From assembly GCA_030141605.1 (NCBI GenBank), contig JAQGDQ010002132.1:1-13835 (forward strand): a stretch of 13,835 bases of DNA. The letters are read 5' to 3'. The translations under genes and the position numbers were made by a program. Position 1 is the stretch's first letter. Each line of letters starts with the position of its first letter. The DNA is from Tubiluchus corallicola. Its lineage: Eukaryota > Animalia > Priapulida. Of this stretch, positions 1 through 12,608 are shown piece by piece. The notes under the pieces are model-generated. The model was not told the origin of the DNA, made no database searches, and saw only the letters and a program-made list of their open reading frames with translations.

Positions 1-2222
1 TATATTATGTTTTTAGAAGTTTAATAACAGTAAAATAAATCCAATATGCTAAGTGACTTGTCCTTTCCTTTAAGTATTAATACTAAAATCTATTAATACT
101 AAGAGGTGATAATTAATTAATACGTCTTCTAGAAATGCTCAAATTCTCTTAAAAGTGTTAACAGCTAAAAACTAACCCCTTCGGTATCTCTTCCCCAAAT
201 GCCTGTTTTTCCAAAGTCCCCTTTGTTCGAAAAAATGGGCCAAAAGTTTTATAGTTTTATAGAGTTTTTTAATTCCTTTCTACTGATAATACATACCTAG
301 CAGTTTAATTCCTTACCTTTTCAGTTTCACAGTTTTACTTATTGTAGGCTCTGTGTTTATTGGGGACTGTTTTAACATTGTAAAATAAAAATAGTCCACA
401 GAGTTGGCCAAAAGGACGCGTCTTTTCCTTGTGGCTTTTTTTTCGTCAATTTCACCTCTGGCCCTGAGGCATTGCTGAATTTTTTGGGTATTTTTTTATT
501 TTTTCCTAAAATAGGCTGCGGTTGTTAGTTCGATCGCCGCGCCATCTATTTCTCGCTTCTTATATGATAACATGACAGTCAAGCACAAAAGTAAGTTTTA
601 AAAGGTTGAATGTGTGTTTTGCAATGGACCGGAAAACTAGCAAGTAATTTTTCCCATTCAATCTACGGCAGTTCTTTGAACACAACTTGACGTGCTTAGT
701 TTAAAAGAAGGTTGCAGTGTGGCGTCCTCTGGTGGAGGAAAGATAAAGTTCTATAATCACCGTAACTGTACTAAATCGTATTACGGCATATACGTCGTAT
801 ACGCCATCATATGCTGGAGGGGAAGTTAATTTTTCGAGTCAGTTGGGAAAATATTTTACCAAGAGTTCCTACAATACGACTATCACACTCATGAGATGGC
901 TTTACCATTTCATCTTCATGGTCAATCGTTTATGGTCAATTTTCACTGGTCAGAACATTGCAGCATGTAGGAGGGCACGCACGGTTGTCTTGAAACACGT
1001 TTGTATTTCCAACACGTATAGGAAATAAAGTCCTGCTTAGACCAGCGGTCACTTACTAGTCACTACATATGCTTCTCTACTTGCGTTTCTTGACTTAAGT
1101 TAAATTATTACATTTATTAGATAATTTATTAGGAGATAGACAATAAGGTTTATTGTTGAAATTGTGGGTACAAGTCTGCCTCTCGTTAAATCACATATCT
1201 GTCACACCATGGACTAATTGGGATGACGACCTATGCGCATTTGTTAATGAGCGCCCAAATTTTCGCTATTTTAGCTTCCGGGCAAGAGCGACACGTCGTT
1301 TTTGACCATATTTTTGAAACGGATATTTCTGAAGCCGTGAATTACTGTCTTGTTTTAATTAAGGTTTCAGTGAACAAAATTACAAATGGCAAAATGTCAC
1401 AAAATTTCATGTTTTACATTGCACTCCAAGTGGTTTAAAGGAGCATACGCTTATAATGCTTCACACGTCTTACCAATAGATGTCACTACACTGTGCACAA
1501 ATTTTGCAAGATCTGCTTGGATATTTACAAAACAGTGGAAGTTTTACCCAGGATAGCTACTGCAAATAGAAAATATTTTCTCTGGTAAAAATCCAAGCAA
1601 TATTACGATCCGAACGTTAGCGCCACGTAATCACAAATTTTGCTGAAATTAGTTCATTTAAAAGTGCTAAACACGCTAAACCGCCTGCCAATGGCCTATC
1701 ACGTTGTACCAATTGGTAATGTTTTCTGCTAAATTTAATGTTAAACTAACAAAAGTTAGAATATCTTAAAGGCCATGATAACAGCGCGTAAATGATTTAA
1801 ATGAAGAACAGAACTTAATTTTCAACTATTGTGAAAAAATTATGAAAGCTATATTTTGCTACCCGCCACAAATGTAATCACATGATGGGTTGGAAATGAT
1901 GTGCATGTTTTGTAAATGATTACAAATTATAAACCACTGAGCTCTTCAAATACTCCCCAGTTCAGCTCACAGCTAAAAGCTACGCACTAGTTGTTCTTTA
2001 ATATGAAAAAGAGATTTTCCAATTCCTGCTAACAAGTTATTCTTTCACCTAGGAAAAGTACATACATACAACCTCTCATATAAACTGAAATGGTTGAAAA
2101 TGTAAAGTCTCTCTGTTAAACCAGAAAGCTTAATAAATATTACTTCTCATTGTTATTCACATGACAGTCAAAAAGTTAGATAAAAAGTTAAGCACTGATA
2201 GAAAACTTAATTTTCCTATTTG

Positions 2223-3284
2223 TCACTTGACTATGCACCGTTTTCTATTTGCACCACTTTCGTCTCGCATTTGCTTGCTTCTTTTCATAATACACGAGGC
2301 TATTTGCCTCATTTGGTCTCTGTTCAAAGAGTGTAGCACAATCGCTTGGAACGCGTCCGCATGATCTTTCCTTGCCTGGCGGTAGAATTGTTCATGGTGA
2401 TACCGTTCCACGCCAGCTTTTTGGGCAAGGATACCTGTCACGGACACGTCTTCCATGTGTAACAATCTCACATCAGGTTGCAGAGACGTTTGGTACAACA
2501 AATCTGGAACGTCGCCTGACATCAAGTAAGAAAATCCGGATTCAAACGGCGGGTAGAACGTCTCATTGTAAAGTTCCTTGGAAATGTGGTTTTTGTGGTT
2601 GAGCCTTCTGATTGGTCGATCGTGATCAAGCAGGTAACCAAATATTACTTTGTTCATGTCTGACACCTGAGAAACGAAATTTAGCAAATTGGCAACATGT
2701 AGAAATACATCACAGTCAATTTTTATCACAAATTTAGGCTTCTTTGTGCAAATATTACTAGCTACATGCAGTCCCATTATGGATTTCAATGTCAAGTTCA
2801 TGTAGTCTTCCACAAAATTCCCTTGCACAATGTCCTTGTTTATGTAACTTTCAAACACAAGATTGTCATTGACAGACTCGTTTTTTGGGTCGGCAATGAG
2901 ATGTACCGGAAACAGAGAAGTAAACGTTCGAAATAATTTTATCCAAGTGTCTCTGGTGGCTTGTCTGCATTCGAATTCACTGGCTGAAGAAATGATTAGA
3001 GCCAGAACTTCATAATCTCTTGAGCAGGTTACGTTTGGAACACTGTACATGTACTCACTACCGTTGAAGTGGAAGTATACCAGTCTCTGACGTTGAGGAA
3101 TGTGCACTGGCGGTTCGCCTGGCACTTCAAAACTGGCAGGCGTCGAGTCTGACTTGCTGTACAATAGGAAACTCACAAAACAGCCTAAGCCAAACGATAT
3201 AATGGCAACATCCACGCATCGAAAACGTCTTTTTGAGAACATTGACATCAAAAGTTTGATAATAGACTTTCGCTTGTAGTTCAT
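2223..3284 (-). CDS. Beta-1,3-galactosyltransferase-like protein (CAZy GT31, Galactosyl_T family), type II membrane protein, 353 aa, coding region in one exon
   Basis: Basic N-tail followed by a TM segment (VAIISFGLGCFVSFLLY). GT31 motifs occur in order: LIISS...RQATRDTW, ESYINKDIVQGNFVEDYMNLTLKS, KFVIKIDCDVF (DxD), YPPFESGFSYLMS, EDVSVTGILA. The exact donor/acceptor (B3GALT vs B3GNT/B3GALNT-like) cannot be fixed from motifs. Confidence 0.93.
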   Translation of the reverse strand: MNYKRKSIIKLLMSMFSKRRFRCVDVAIISFGLGCFVSFLLYSKSDSTPASFEVPGEPPVHIPQRQRLVYFHFNGSEYMYSVPNVTCSRDYEVLALIISSASEFECRQATRDTWIKLFRTFTSLFPVHLIADPKNESVNDNLVFESYINKDIVQGNFVEDYMNLTLKSIMGLHVASNICTKKPKFVIKIDCDVFLHVANLLNFVSQVSDMNKVIFGYLLDHDRPIRRLNHKNHISKELYNETFYPPFESGFSYLMSGDVPDLLYQTSLQPDVRLLHMEDVSVTGILAQKAGVERYHHEQFYRQARKDHADAFQAIVLHSLNRDQMRQIASCIMKRSKQMRDESGANRKRCIVK

Positions 3285-3331
3285 TATAACGGCACTCGCT
3301 TGTACTCACATGCTTGGTCATAATAACAGGA

Positions 3332-3357
3332 CTGTAACACAAAATAATGAGAAAGAC
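3332..3357 (-). other. Probable 3' splice acceptor of a 5'-UTR intron of the GT31 gene
   Basis: Minus strand reads TCTTTCTCATTATTTTGTGTTACAG|TCC, a pyrimidine tract plus CAG ending at 3332, 47 nt before the ATG. A candidate donor CCT|GTAAGC lies at 3474. Confidence 0.55.
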
Positions 3358-3624
3358 CGGTCAATGTGCACTACATAACCAACTAAATTATTCCTAAACC
3401 GTACACGGTTACAAGTTTCTGATTAGAGTGTGCACAAGGCATATCCCGCGGTGGCGTCCCGCATCAATGCTTACAGGAAGGGTCCCCCGTACATTGCCCT
3501 ACAATATAACATTCATTTTAAAGAGTGCTGTAATGATTTCGTTCCCTTGTTACACTTGTGTTACAATTATTGTGCACTCGTGAAATGTACGTTATTAAAA
3601 AACGCAGTAAAACATAGTGAATGA

Positions 3625-3632
3625 TATAAAAG
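3625..3632 (+). promoter_or_regulatory. TATA-box-like element upstream of fucosyltransferase exon 1, within the shared divergent intergenic region
   Basis: TATAAAAG begins 87 nt upstream of the ATG at 3712. AT-rich DNA makes chance matches possible. Confidence 0.4.
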
Positions 3633-3711
3633 CGTTTCTTTTCTGTCTTTCTCTGTTAACAACTGGGTTAGAAAGGTCATTGGCCGAAGAAGACGATAGT
3701 AGTGAGCTGTT

Positions 3712-3745
3712 ATGTACGTTTCTCGCAAGACCACAGTCCGGCTAG
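3712..3745 (+). CDS. Alpha-1,2-fucosyltransferase coding exon 1 (MYVSRKTTVRL-G), cytoplasmic tail
   Basis: ATG TAC GTT TCT CGC AAG ACC ACA GTC CGG CTA G|GTAAAG. This phase-1 donor matches the phase-1 acceptor at 5159 and supplies the missing ATG and a basic N-tail typical of type II Golgi enzymes. Confidence 0.75.
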
Positions 3746-3901
3746 GTAAAGTTATAAGGATTTATCATGGTATTTACGTTGTTTAACTTGGTAACTTGGT
3801 ATTTTGATGTCATGAGTTGTCGCTGAGTTGTATTATTTCACATTTTTGTTTCCAAATTAATTGTATTATAACTGTGCGTGTGTTACAAGATAAATAAAAA
3901 G

Positions 3902-4091
<190 letters not shown>

Positions 4092-4621
4092 GCCTAAAGA
4101 CGAACTTCTTTAGATACGAGACATACAGAATGCTCTATTGGAGGCAGTTTCTTGGAACTAGCATATTCTACATTGAATGCAAACGACAATCTCGATATAA
4201 CTCACATTCAAAGCTTAAAATTAAAGTAAAAGAAAGAAAAAATGCATTTATAACAATATAATTACCAAGATGCAAAAAGCACTGCAAAAATAAAGAGAAT
4301 GAAAATGAATTTACACATAGCCAAGTGCCGCATAAAAATTGTATAAAAACGTTCACGTTTCTCAGCAGAGAAATTCTTTGTAAAACGATTTTGCACCAAT
4401 CTCTGCTGACTGCTGAGTGTTATTTCTGCCGCTCTTTAATGCTTGTAAATTAACTTTCATTAGGTTCATAATCTGTAATGGTTTTTCTGTGACTTGCTCA
4501 TCTTAGTGTTATAAATGTACTGATTATTTATTTTGGCTCTTGAAAATGGTATCTTTACCGAGTCGTTCATATGCAATCGATATACAAAATATTGACTACT
4601 TTTTCTCGCTGAACATGAGGA

Positions 4622-4863
<242 letters not shown>

Positions 4864-5159
4864 TCTTTATTTATCACCTTTTTTACAAGAAAAACACAGA
4901 GCATTAAATGATAATATGATAATATGATACAAAGTGACAAGATTATTAAATGAATAAATTATCTGAGTTAATGATGTTCAAGTGATTGGTGAAAGGGTGG
5001 CGAAAAACTAAAAGTTACCAAAGTCAACCACAAGAGTGCTTTACAAAAACCTGAAAAACAAGATAAGTCAATTACTTGACTGAAAATTATGACGCAGTTT
5101 TTTTTAGTATAGAGACAAGTACTTTCTTCTTTATTTTACAAAACATCTCTTTGTTGTAG

Positions 5160-6136
5160 GTGTACGAAATTTATGGTCTTTAGTTCCAGTGACAGTTCTT
5201 GGCTGCGTGTTCTTCTTTGTGTTGCGCACCCTTATTCTTAGAGATGGAGGAAGGCAGGAAACTCAAATTGCTCTATCGAATCTGAGTCAGCTTGTAAAAC
5301 GAAAAAACGTCGTGTTCCTAACCGGCGAATTCAAAGGACGGATAGGTAATCAAATGTTCATCTATGCGTCAAGTTTCAGCATAGCCAGAAAGAACAATAT
5401 GGTTTTGGTTGTTCCGGACAGTCTGGACTTACTGCGGATATTTCCGAATCTGACGGGTCTGGCTGTTCCTAAGGTGCTACTGAAATCGGACGTGTTCGAG
5501 CAGCGAAGATTCGAACCCTGTTGCATTTACAACGATTCGTTTATCTCCTTGCCAAGGCGAAATACAATGGTGGGCACTTATTTACAATCATTCAAGTATT
5601 TTGGCGAATATAAAGAGGAAATTATGAGGGAATTTCAATTCAGTAAAAGCACAAGAGCAAAAGCAAAGGACAAACTTTCACAAGCTCTCTTAAGATTTGG
5701 GAGGCGCCAGTATTCAGAAGGCAATGTGACAATTATTGGAATCCATGTTCGTCGAGGCGATTTCAACGAAGTGGTTAAAATAACTGGTCAAATCTTAGCA
5801 CCGTTTACGTACATTCAAAACGCCATAAAGTTTTACAAGAAAAAATACAAGAGAACTTTATTCGTCGTGACATCTGATGACATCAGCTGGTGTGAATCAA
5901 ACATTTTAGAGTCATCAGCAGTTTACATTCATTCTAATGAACCTGAGGTTGATATGTGCATTTTAGCAAACTGTGATCATTTGATATTGACGATGGGCAC
6001 ATTCGGTTGGTGGGCGGGGTGGTTATCACGAGGGAACGTTGTTTACCATTCAGAAGTTGCTGTCCCCGGGTCATCGTATGACAAAGAGTTCATCAAAGAG
6101 GACTTCTTTCCTCCAAACTGGATTGGTTTCACGTGA
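5160..6136 (+). CDS. Alpha-1,2-fucosyltransferase (CAZy GT11, FUT1/FUT2-like) coding exon 2; spliced product 336 aa
   Basis: Acceptor CTCTTTGTTGTAG|G at 5159. An in-frame TAG at 5105 with no in-frame ATG before the TM segment implies splicing. TM segment LWSLVPVTVLGCVFFFVL. GT11 motifs GRIGNQMFIYAS, IGIHVRRGDF, FVVTSDDISWC, DMCILANCDHLILTMGTFGWWAGWL and C-terminal DFFPPNWIG. Confidence 0.95.
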
Positions 6137-6178
6137 GAAAGGAAATTTGTTGTGATTCTAACTTAGCTTGTAATTTGC

Positions 6179-6184
6179 AATAAA
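6179..6184 (+). terminator. Candidate polyadenylation signal of the fucosyltransferase gene
   Basis: AATAAA about 40 nt after the TGA stop at 6136. Confidence 0.45.
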
Positions 6185-6684
6185 TTTGCAAGGTAGATTT
6201 ATGACCAAATGCTTGACCACATACTGATCAAAAAAGTTTTCACGTTGAAAGACTTGTTATGCATTTAGGTAGTTCAGATCTACATAAAAATGTCATAGCT
6301 GAATGGATAATGAAAGAAGAGCTGGCCGCACTTAATTGCTAATTTTGGCACACTCTCTGTTGCAGTCAGGGTACTCTGTTTCACCCCGTTATCATGCATT
6401 TCCGTATCAGATCTAAAAAAGAGCTGCTGAAATTTAGTTAAATGAGAGGCATTCTAGACTATAGGCAAATTAATTAATATTGCAACCCAGAAGGTTAGTG
6501 CGTTTGTGCCTTTTGTGAGTGTGACTGTATCTGAGCATGCCAACTGGCACGTGAACTTAAAACAACTGTACACCTATTGTGTTCATCTGGATGTTCTTGC
6601 TATAAATGGAAATAACACAAATACTTTATTGGTCATGTCAGAAGTCGAGAATTTATTTCAACTAGATCTGAAATTGTTTATATG

Positions 6685-7512
6685 CAGTTTATTGTTTAGA
6701 ACTCCAGTTTATTGTTTAGAACTCCAGTTTATTGTTTAGAACTCCAGTGTATTGTTTAGAACTCCAGTTCATTGTTTAGAACTCCAGTTTATTGTTTAAA
6801 ACTCCAGTTTATTGTTTAGAACTCCAGTTTATTGTTTAGAACACCAGTTTAATGTTTAGAACTACAGTTCATTGTTTAGAACACCAGTTTAATGTTTAGA
6901 ACTCCAGTTTATTGTTTAGAACTGCAGTTTATTGTTTAGAACTCCAGTGTATTGTTTAGAACTCCAGTTCATTGTTTAGAACTCCAGTTCATTGTTTAGA
7001 ACTCCAGTTTATTGTTTAAAACTCCAGTTTAATGTTTAGAACTCCAGTTTATTGTTTAGAACACCAGTTTAATGTTTAGAACTCCAGTTCATTGTTTAGA
7101 ACTCCAGTTTATTGTTTAGAGCACCAGTTTAATGTTTAGAACTCCAGTTTATTGTTTAGAACTCCAGTTCATTGTTTAGAACACCAGTTTAATGTTTAGA
7201 ACTCCAGTTTATTGTTTAGAACTCCAGTTCATTGTTTAAAACTACAGTTCATTGTTTAGAACTTTAGTTTATTGTTTAGAACTCCAGGTCATTGTTTAGA
7301 ACTCCAGTTTAATGTTTAATACTCCAGTTCATTGTTTAGAACTCCAGTTCATTGTTTAAAACTCCAGTTTATTGTTTAGAACTCCAGTTCATTGTTTAAA
7401 ACTCCGGTTTAATGCTTAATACTCCAGTTCATTGTTTAGAACTCCAGTTCATTGTTTAGAACTCCAGTTCATTGTTTAAAACTCCAGTTTATTGTTTAGA
7501 ACTGCAGTTTAT
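6685..7512. repeat. 20-bp minisatellite, consensus ACTCCAGTTTATTGTTTAGA, 40 full copies (6701-7500) plus partial ends
   Basis: Head-to-tail units hold an exact 20-bp register with substitutions only and no spacers. Confidence 0.98.
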
Positions 7513-8143
7513 TTGGTTGAAGTCACTAGAGTTCAGTCAGTGCGTACCGCTTATATGGTAAATTGTCACTAACTTCCGAATTCTTGTATGGTCAAATGAC
7601 TAATTTCACATGCTACTGTTAAGCCCACCTAGTCTTGAGGATATTAACTGGTCGATCAATTAGTTCGGTAAACTCCACACAGGGCATTTCAGTCGTGATA
7701 TGAAGTTTAGAAAACAGAGACTTAGCCCTAACTCTTACTATTGAAGAAATATTGATATAGACAGTGGGTTCCTGCTGCTTGCTTGGAGCAAAATTTTGTA
7801 CGGAATAAATTCAATAAAACAAACAAAATTAAACGGAAAAAATGGAAGGAAATAAATTTTGGTTTTGGCGCAGAATGCTGCAAATTATTCACGCAGCTGT
7901 CGCCATGATGTTATTTATGCCAGACTGAGATCACATGCTTCGAGAAGTCGCTCAAGTTTTTACTATAATAACTGCCCAGGGCATATAATAAACTTATAAA
8001 CCGACCGACATGATAGACATAAGGCGGGCATTCAAGAAAGACGTTTTGAATCGATACGAAATGTCAATTTTGAATTTTTGCCGATAGATGACAGCAGGTG
8101 CTTTATTGCTTGCTCCTCAATTAGGTATTGCTCTTCAGTTAGG

Positions 8144-8544
8144 ACATTAAAAGCAAATCATAAAGCTGAAACCGATGCGTTTCAAAGGCAAAATTTTGGG
8201 TATTAGATGGCCAAAGAAAATTTCAAACAAAGATCTATATGAAAAAATAAAAGAAGAACCTTGGACAAGAAAAATAAAAAGACGCCCTTTAAGATGGATT
8301 GGGCATATGCTTAAACTAACTAATGATATTCCAGTGAAGATAGCTCTTCAACAAGCCATAGAACCAGCTAAAAAACCTGCAGGAGGACAAATGTTAACAT
8401 ATTTAGATTTTGCACAGAAAGATTTAAACACTTCAGCATTGATACTTAGAAATAAATGCACTTGGGGCATTGCGGCGAGCAGGGAATCCTGGCATAGGGA
8501 GGTGAACAGAATCATGTATGATTCTTTGCATAATGATGATGATG
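8144..8544 (+). mobile_element. 5'-truncated, degenerate non-LTR retrotransposon (LINE; RTE/L2-like) 3' end
   Basis: Translation TLKANHKAETDAFQRQ/(frameshift)KILGIRWPKKISNKDLY...IKRRPLRWIGHMLK...SRESW resembles the conserved region C-terminal to the RT domain of RTE/L2-type ORF2. It ends in a short (GAT)n tail and is flanked by GTTAGG at 8138-8143 and 8545-8550 (candidate TSD). Confidence 0.85.
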
Positions 8545-9688
8545 GTTAGGTCTTGAAAGAGAATTGAGGCTCTTTCATAGCTGTGATCGCGATGTAAATT
8601 AGCATTTTTAAGGATACTGAGAAACAAAAAGGTAAATTAAATTATCTCCTCGAAAACCAGTCGATTTGCAACATTATATCCTGAATGGCATTAATTTTAA
8701 TGTGCAGTAAAACAAAATGAACAGCCATGCTGTCACTTATTGTACCGAGTACGCGATTGTAGTATTATGTGACCCTTTAATTGTCAGTTTACTACACTAA
8801 AGTACTGAATTAGTATATGCTGCCATCTACAATCGTTGTTTTACTCTAAATTGTACAAAGTTTGTCAGAGATTGATTTTTGTTTCAAAATATTGTTAATT
8901 AGATTGTTAATTTCATATTTTAATTCTGGATCTAACTCTCTTATTCAAGTTTAAATAGAGAAAAATTGTAACATTATAACACAGCTTTCTGTAAACTAAT
9001 AATCTTTATTCTGCTATCAAAGAAGCCAAGTAGACTTTGATTTTGGTTTAACTAGTAGTCTGTAGAGTATAAGTGACCTTTCCATTTATGGTCTGTATGC
9101 ATGAATGTAATGTACCTTCCAATAGGAACTTGTATGTCTGGTCATGTGATTACAGCTTTATTCTCTCAGGCATGCAAGTTTCAGTTGATCTAGAGACAGC
9201 ATTGAGAAAGGATGCAAATTTTCTACTGTTAAATATCATATTGCTAACTTTATGACGGTTTGTTCAATTTTATGGTGTGTGAACATTGTATACGTTTTAC
9301 AATAAAATGATTGCAAATTTCTACAAATACCATTAATTTTACCAACAACTTGTGATGTTATTATTATTGTAACGAACTAGCATTGGCAGCTTCACCGTTA
9401 TTTTTCAGTAAACTAATTTATGAAAATAACACTTAAAACATGTGTAAATAAAATAAATATAGCATAATACGTAAGAATACAATGAGATGGTTAGTACTTT
9501 GGTTTGAAATAAATTACAATACAAGTCTACAATGCTTAACAAAATAGCAGCTTTACATGCTTAAACACTTTCTATCGTAGGCCTAATTAGTAGGTCGAGT
9601 ATTTTTCTCAACAAGAAGAAGTAGGATAGATATACCTGTGCGCCAAGAGAGAAATACGTTGTTCGTCCTTAATAACTGCCCGAATGGC

Positions 9689-10290
9689 CAGGGTGCATAA
9701 GATTATGGATATGTATAAAATAAATAAAATAGCTTATTTTATGGATTTTTGAAATTTTATTTTATGGATATCAATAAAATAAAAAATAGACTATATCTGG
9801 AACGAGATGCCCAGGGGGAAATCAATTAAAAAGTAAAAACAGGAGTGCTTGAAATGTGTTTTTAAACACGCAGGACTTATCACATCAAATTTAATCAAAT
9901 TTTACGAGACAATGGCTGGGTTTCTCTCAGTTATTTTCAGACCGAACTACAGCTCATGCTTTGGTTGAAACTTCGCCATCTTAATAACAAAAAGACAATG
10001 AGAAAAAAAACAATGTAAAATAGCAAATGCAGAAATGCGGTTTTGTTGGTTTGTTTTCTTTCTCTTTCTCTCCTTCTAACGTTCGTTTTCAGTGTTGCCA
10101 ATGCTTACACCTCGTTACTTATGCCAATGCTCGCCAATGCTCGCCAATGCTTACAACTCGTTACTTTGTACAAAAAATCACAAAAAAATATTTTTTTATT
10201 TTATGCATTTCTTATTTTATGGATTTTTCAAATTTTATTTTATGGATTTTTGGTCTCATTTTATGGATATCCATAATCTTATGCAGCCTG
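9689..10290. mobile_element. Non-autonomous DNA transposon (MITE), hAT-like, 602 bp
   Basis: 24-bp TIRs match 23/24 (CAGGGTGCATAAGATTATGGATAT vs the reverse complement CAGGCTGCATAAGATTATGGATAT). CAGG termini. Near-8-bp TSD CCGAATG(G)C at 9680-9688 and CCGAATGC at 10291-10298. Multiple subterminal TTTTATGGAT repeats. No transposase. Confidence 0.87.
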
Positions 10291-10916
10291 CCGAATGCGC
10301 AAAAACAATTACAAAACACCTAACTTAACAAAACAGTAAAAAACACAAGCAGGTGGTGAAAGGACAGAATTAATGTTAGCACATTATGCAGATAACCTAC
10401 TATAATAAGTAAATTTGTTTTCAAGATAAGTATTACTCATGAGATTAAACTTCCAGTCACAACCACGTGGCGGCCTCTCTCGGAGAAAGGCAGTATCAGT
10501 TGTAAACTCTGCTGTTTCAATGTAATGTGAATTCAATTTCAAATTAAAAATGAACACAACCTTTAATGAGTACATCAAAATCAATAAGCAAAATAATTAG
10601 GTACTGTTACATGTACTGCAGGCCTTTCGCCAGATCTATTACATACAATACAGGCACTACTATAACAGCTTAAGTTAGATTTTTCCACAGACCGCTTCTC
10701 CCACACCGCAGAATATTAATATTGATTTTAAATTATAACTTAATAAACTAGGAATCTGAAAATGCGAATGAATGTACTAAGGCTGATGTATCAGCTCATG
10801 GCGTTTATACATGGTAAACATTGTTCTTCGTGTTCTGTGCACAAACATTGTACTTTCCTAACGTTCGTGTCATAAAATGTTCCCATCGACTATGTTCACT
10901 CTCTTAGACAAGTACG

Positions 10917-10958
10917 TGTTCACTTTGTGAATGTTCATGTTCACTTTGTGAATGTTCA
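10917..10958. repeat. Tandem duplication of the 21-mer TGTTCACTTTGTGAATGTTCA in the 3' UTR of the tetraspan gene
   Basis: Two identical copies, each with an internal TTCAC-ttt-GTGAA inverted repeat, starting 7 nt after the stop codon. Confidence 0.85.
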
Positions 10959-10965
10959 CATGCTC

Positions 10966-11198
10966 CTACATGTAAAAGTACTTCAGATGAATGTGAACGG
11001 ACACGAAGAAGGAAGCGGTAAATACTGAAATGCTCCAAGCCATAATACTGACGTAGAAGCCCCACCCCAGCCGCTGGAGGATACCCGGCCAGGTGTTGCC
11101 AAGCAGGTACAACTGTTCATACTCTTCCATCTTCTCTAAGTAGTCTCCTTTTGCGAATTTGATGCCAAAGTAAAGGAGGCCTGCGCCGTGCACGATGG
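10966..11198 (-). CDS. Last coding exon of a claudin/PMP22/Clc-like tetraspan membrane protein (end of TM3, ECL2, TM4, short tail)
   Basis: Strong acceptor CACTAAT...CTCTTGTTTGTTTACTTTCAG|CC (branch point plus pyrimidine tract, phase 1). Encodes AIVHGAGLLYFG...LGWGFYVSIMAWSISVFTASFFVSV..., resembling the GWSFYL motif that precedes TM4 in this superfamily. Stop TAG at 10966-10968. Confidence 0.8.
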
Positions 11199-11378
11199 CT
11201 GAAAGTAAACAAACAAGAGCGTTATTAGTGTAAGTAGTTTATTTACTAAAATACTTCTGCACCATTGGTGAAAACTTAATGACATATGTTGGTAATGACT
11301 GCAAGAATTACTGAGAATATACTGCTACTGGCGTCTTTGAAGCTACTGCCAGTGTCAGAGTGGTTGTCGTTTTGGTTG

Positions 11379-12608
<1,230 letters not shown>

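Noticed and set aside
843-2602. Short plus-strand ORFs (843, 1223, 2161, 2372)
   Set aside because: No recognisable motifs; two are merely antisense to the GT31 CDS.
5189-5191. GTG start for the fucosyltransferase (and a bacterial/HGT interpretation of the GT11 gene)
   Set aside because: A splice acceptor at 5159, a matching upstream exon and an N-terminal signal anchor indicate an ordinary eukaryotic Golgi enzyme.
6685-7512. CRISPR array
   Set aside because: Units are head-to-tail with no unique spacers, the context is eukaryotic, and no cas genes are present.
8175-8549. 124-aa ORF as a host gene
   Set aside because: It is a LINE ORF2 C-terminal remnant; similarity continues upstream in another frame and the ATG is incidental.
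10027-10328. Three overlapping short ORFs
   Set aside because: They fall almost entirely within the low-complexity MITE and show no protein motifs.
10917-10958. Functional RNA hairpins (histone stem-loop/SECIS-like) in the 21-bp duplication
   Set aside because: The stems are only 5 bp and do not match either consensus; reported only as a repeat.
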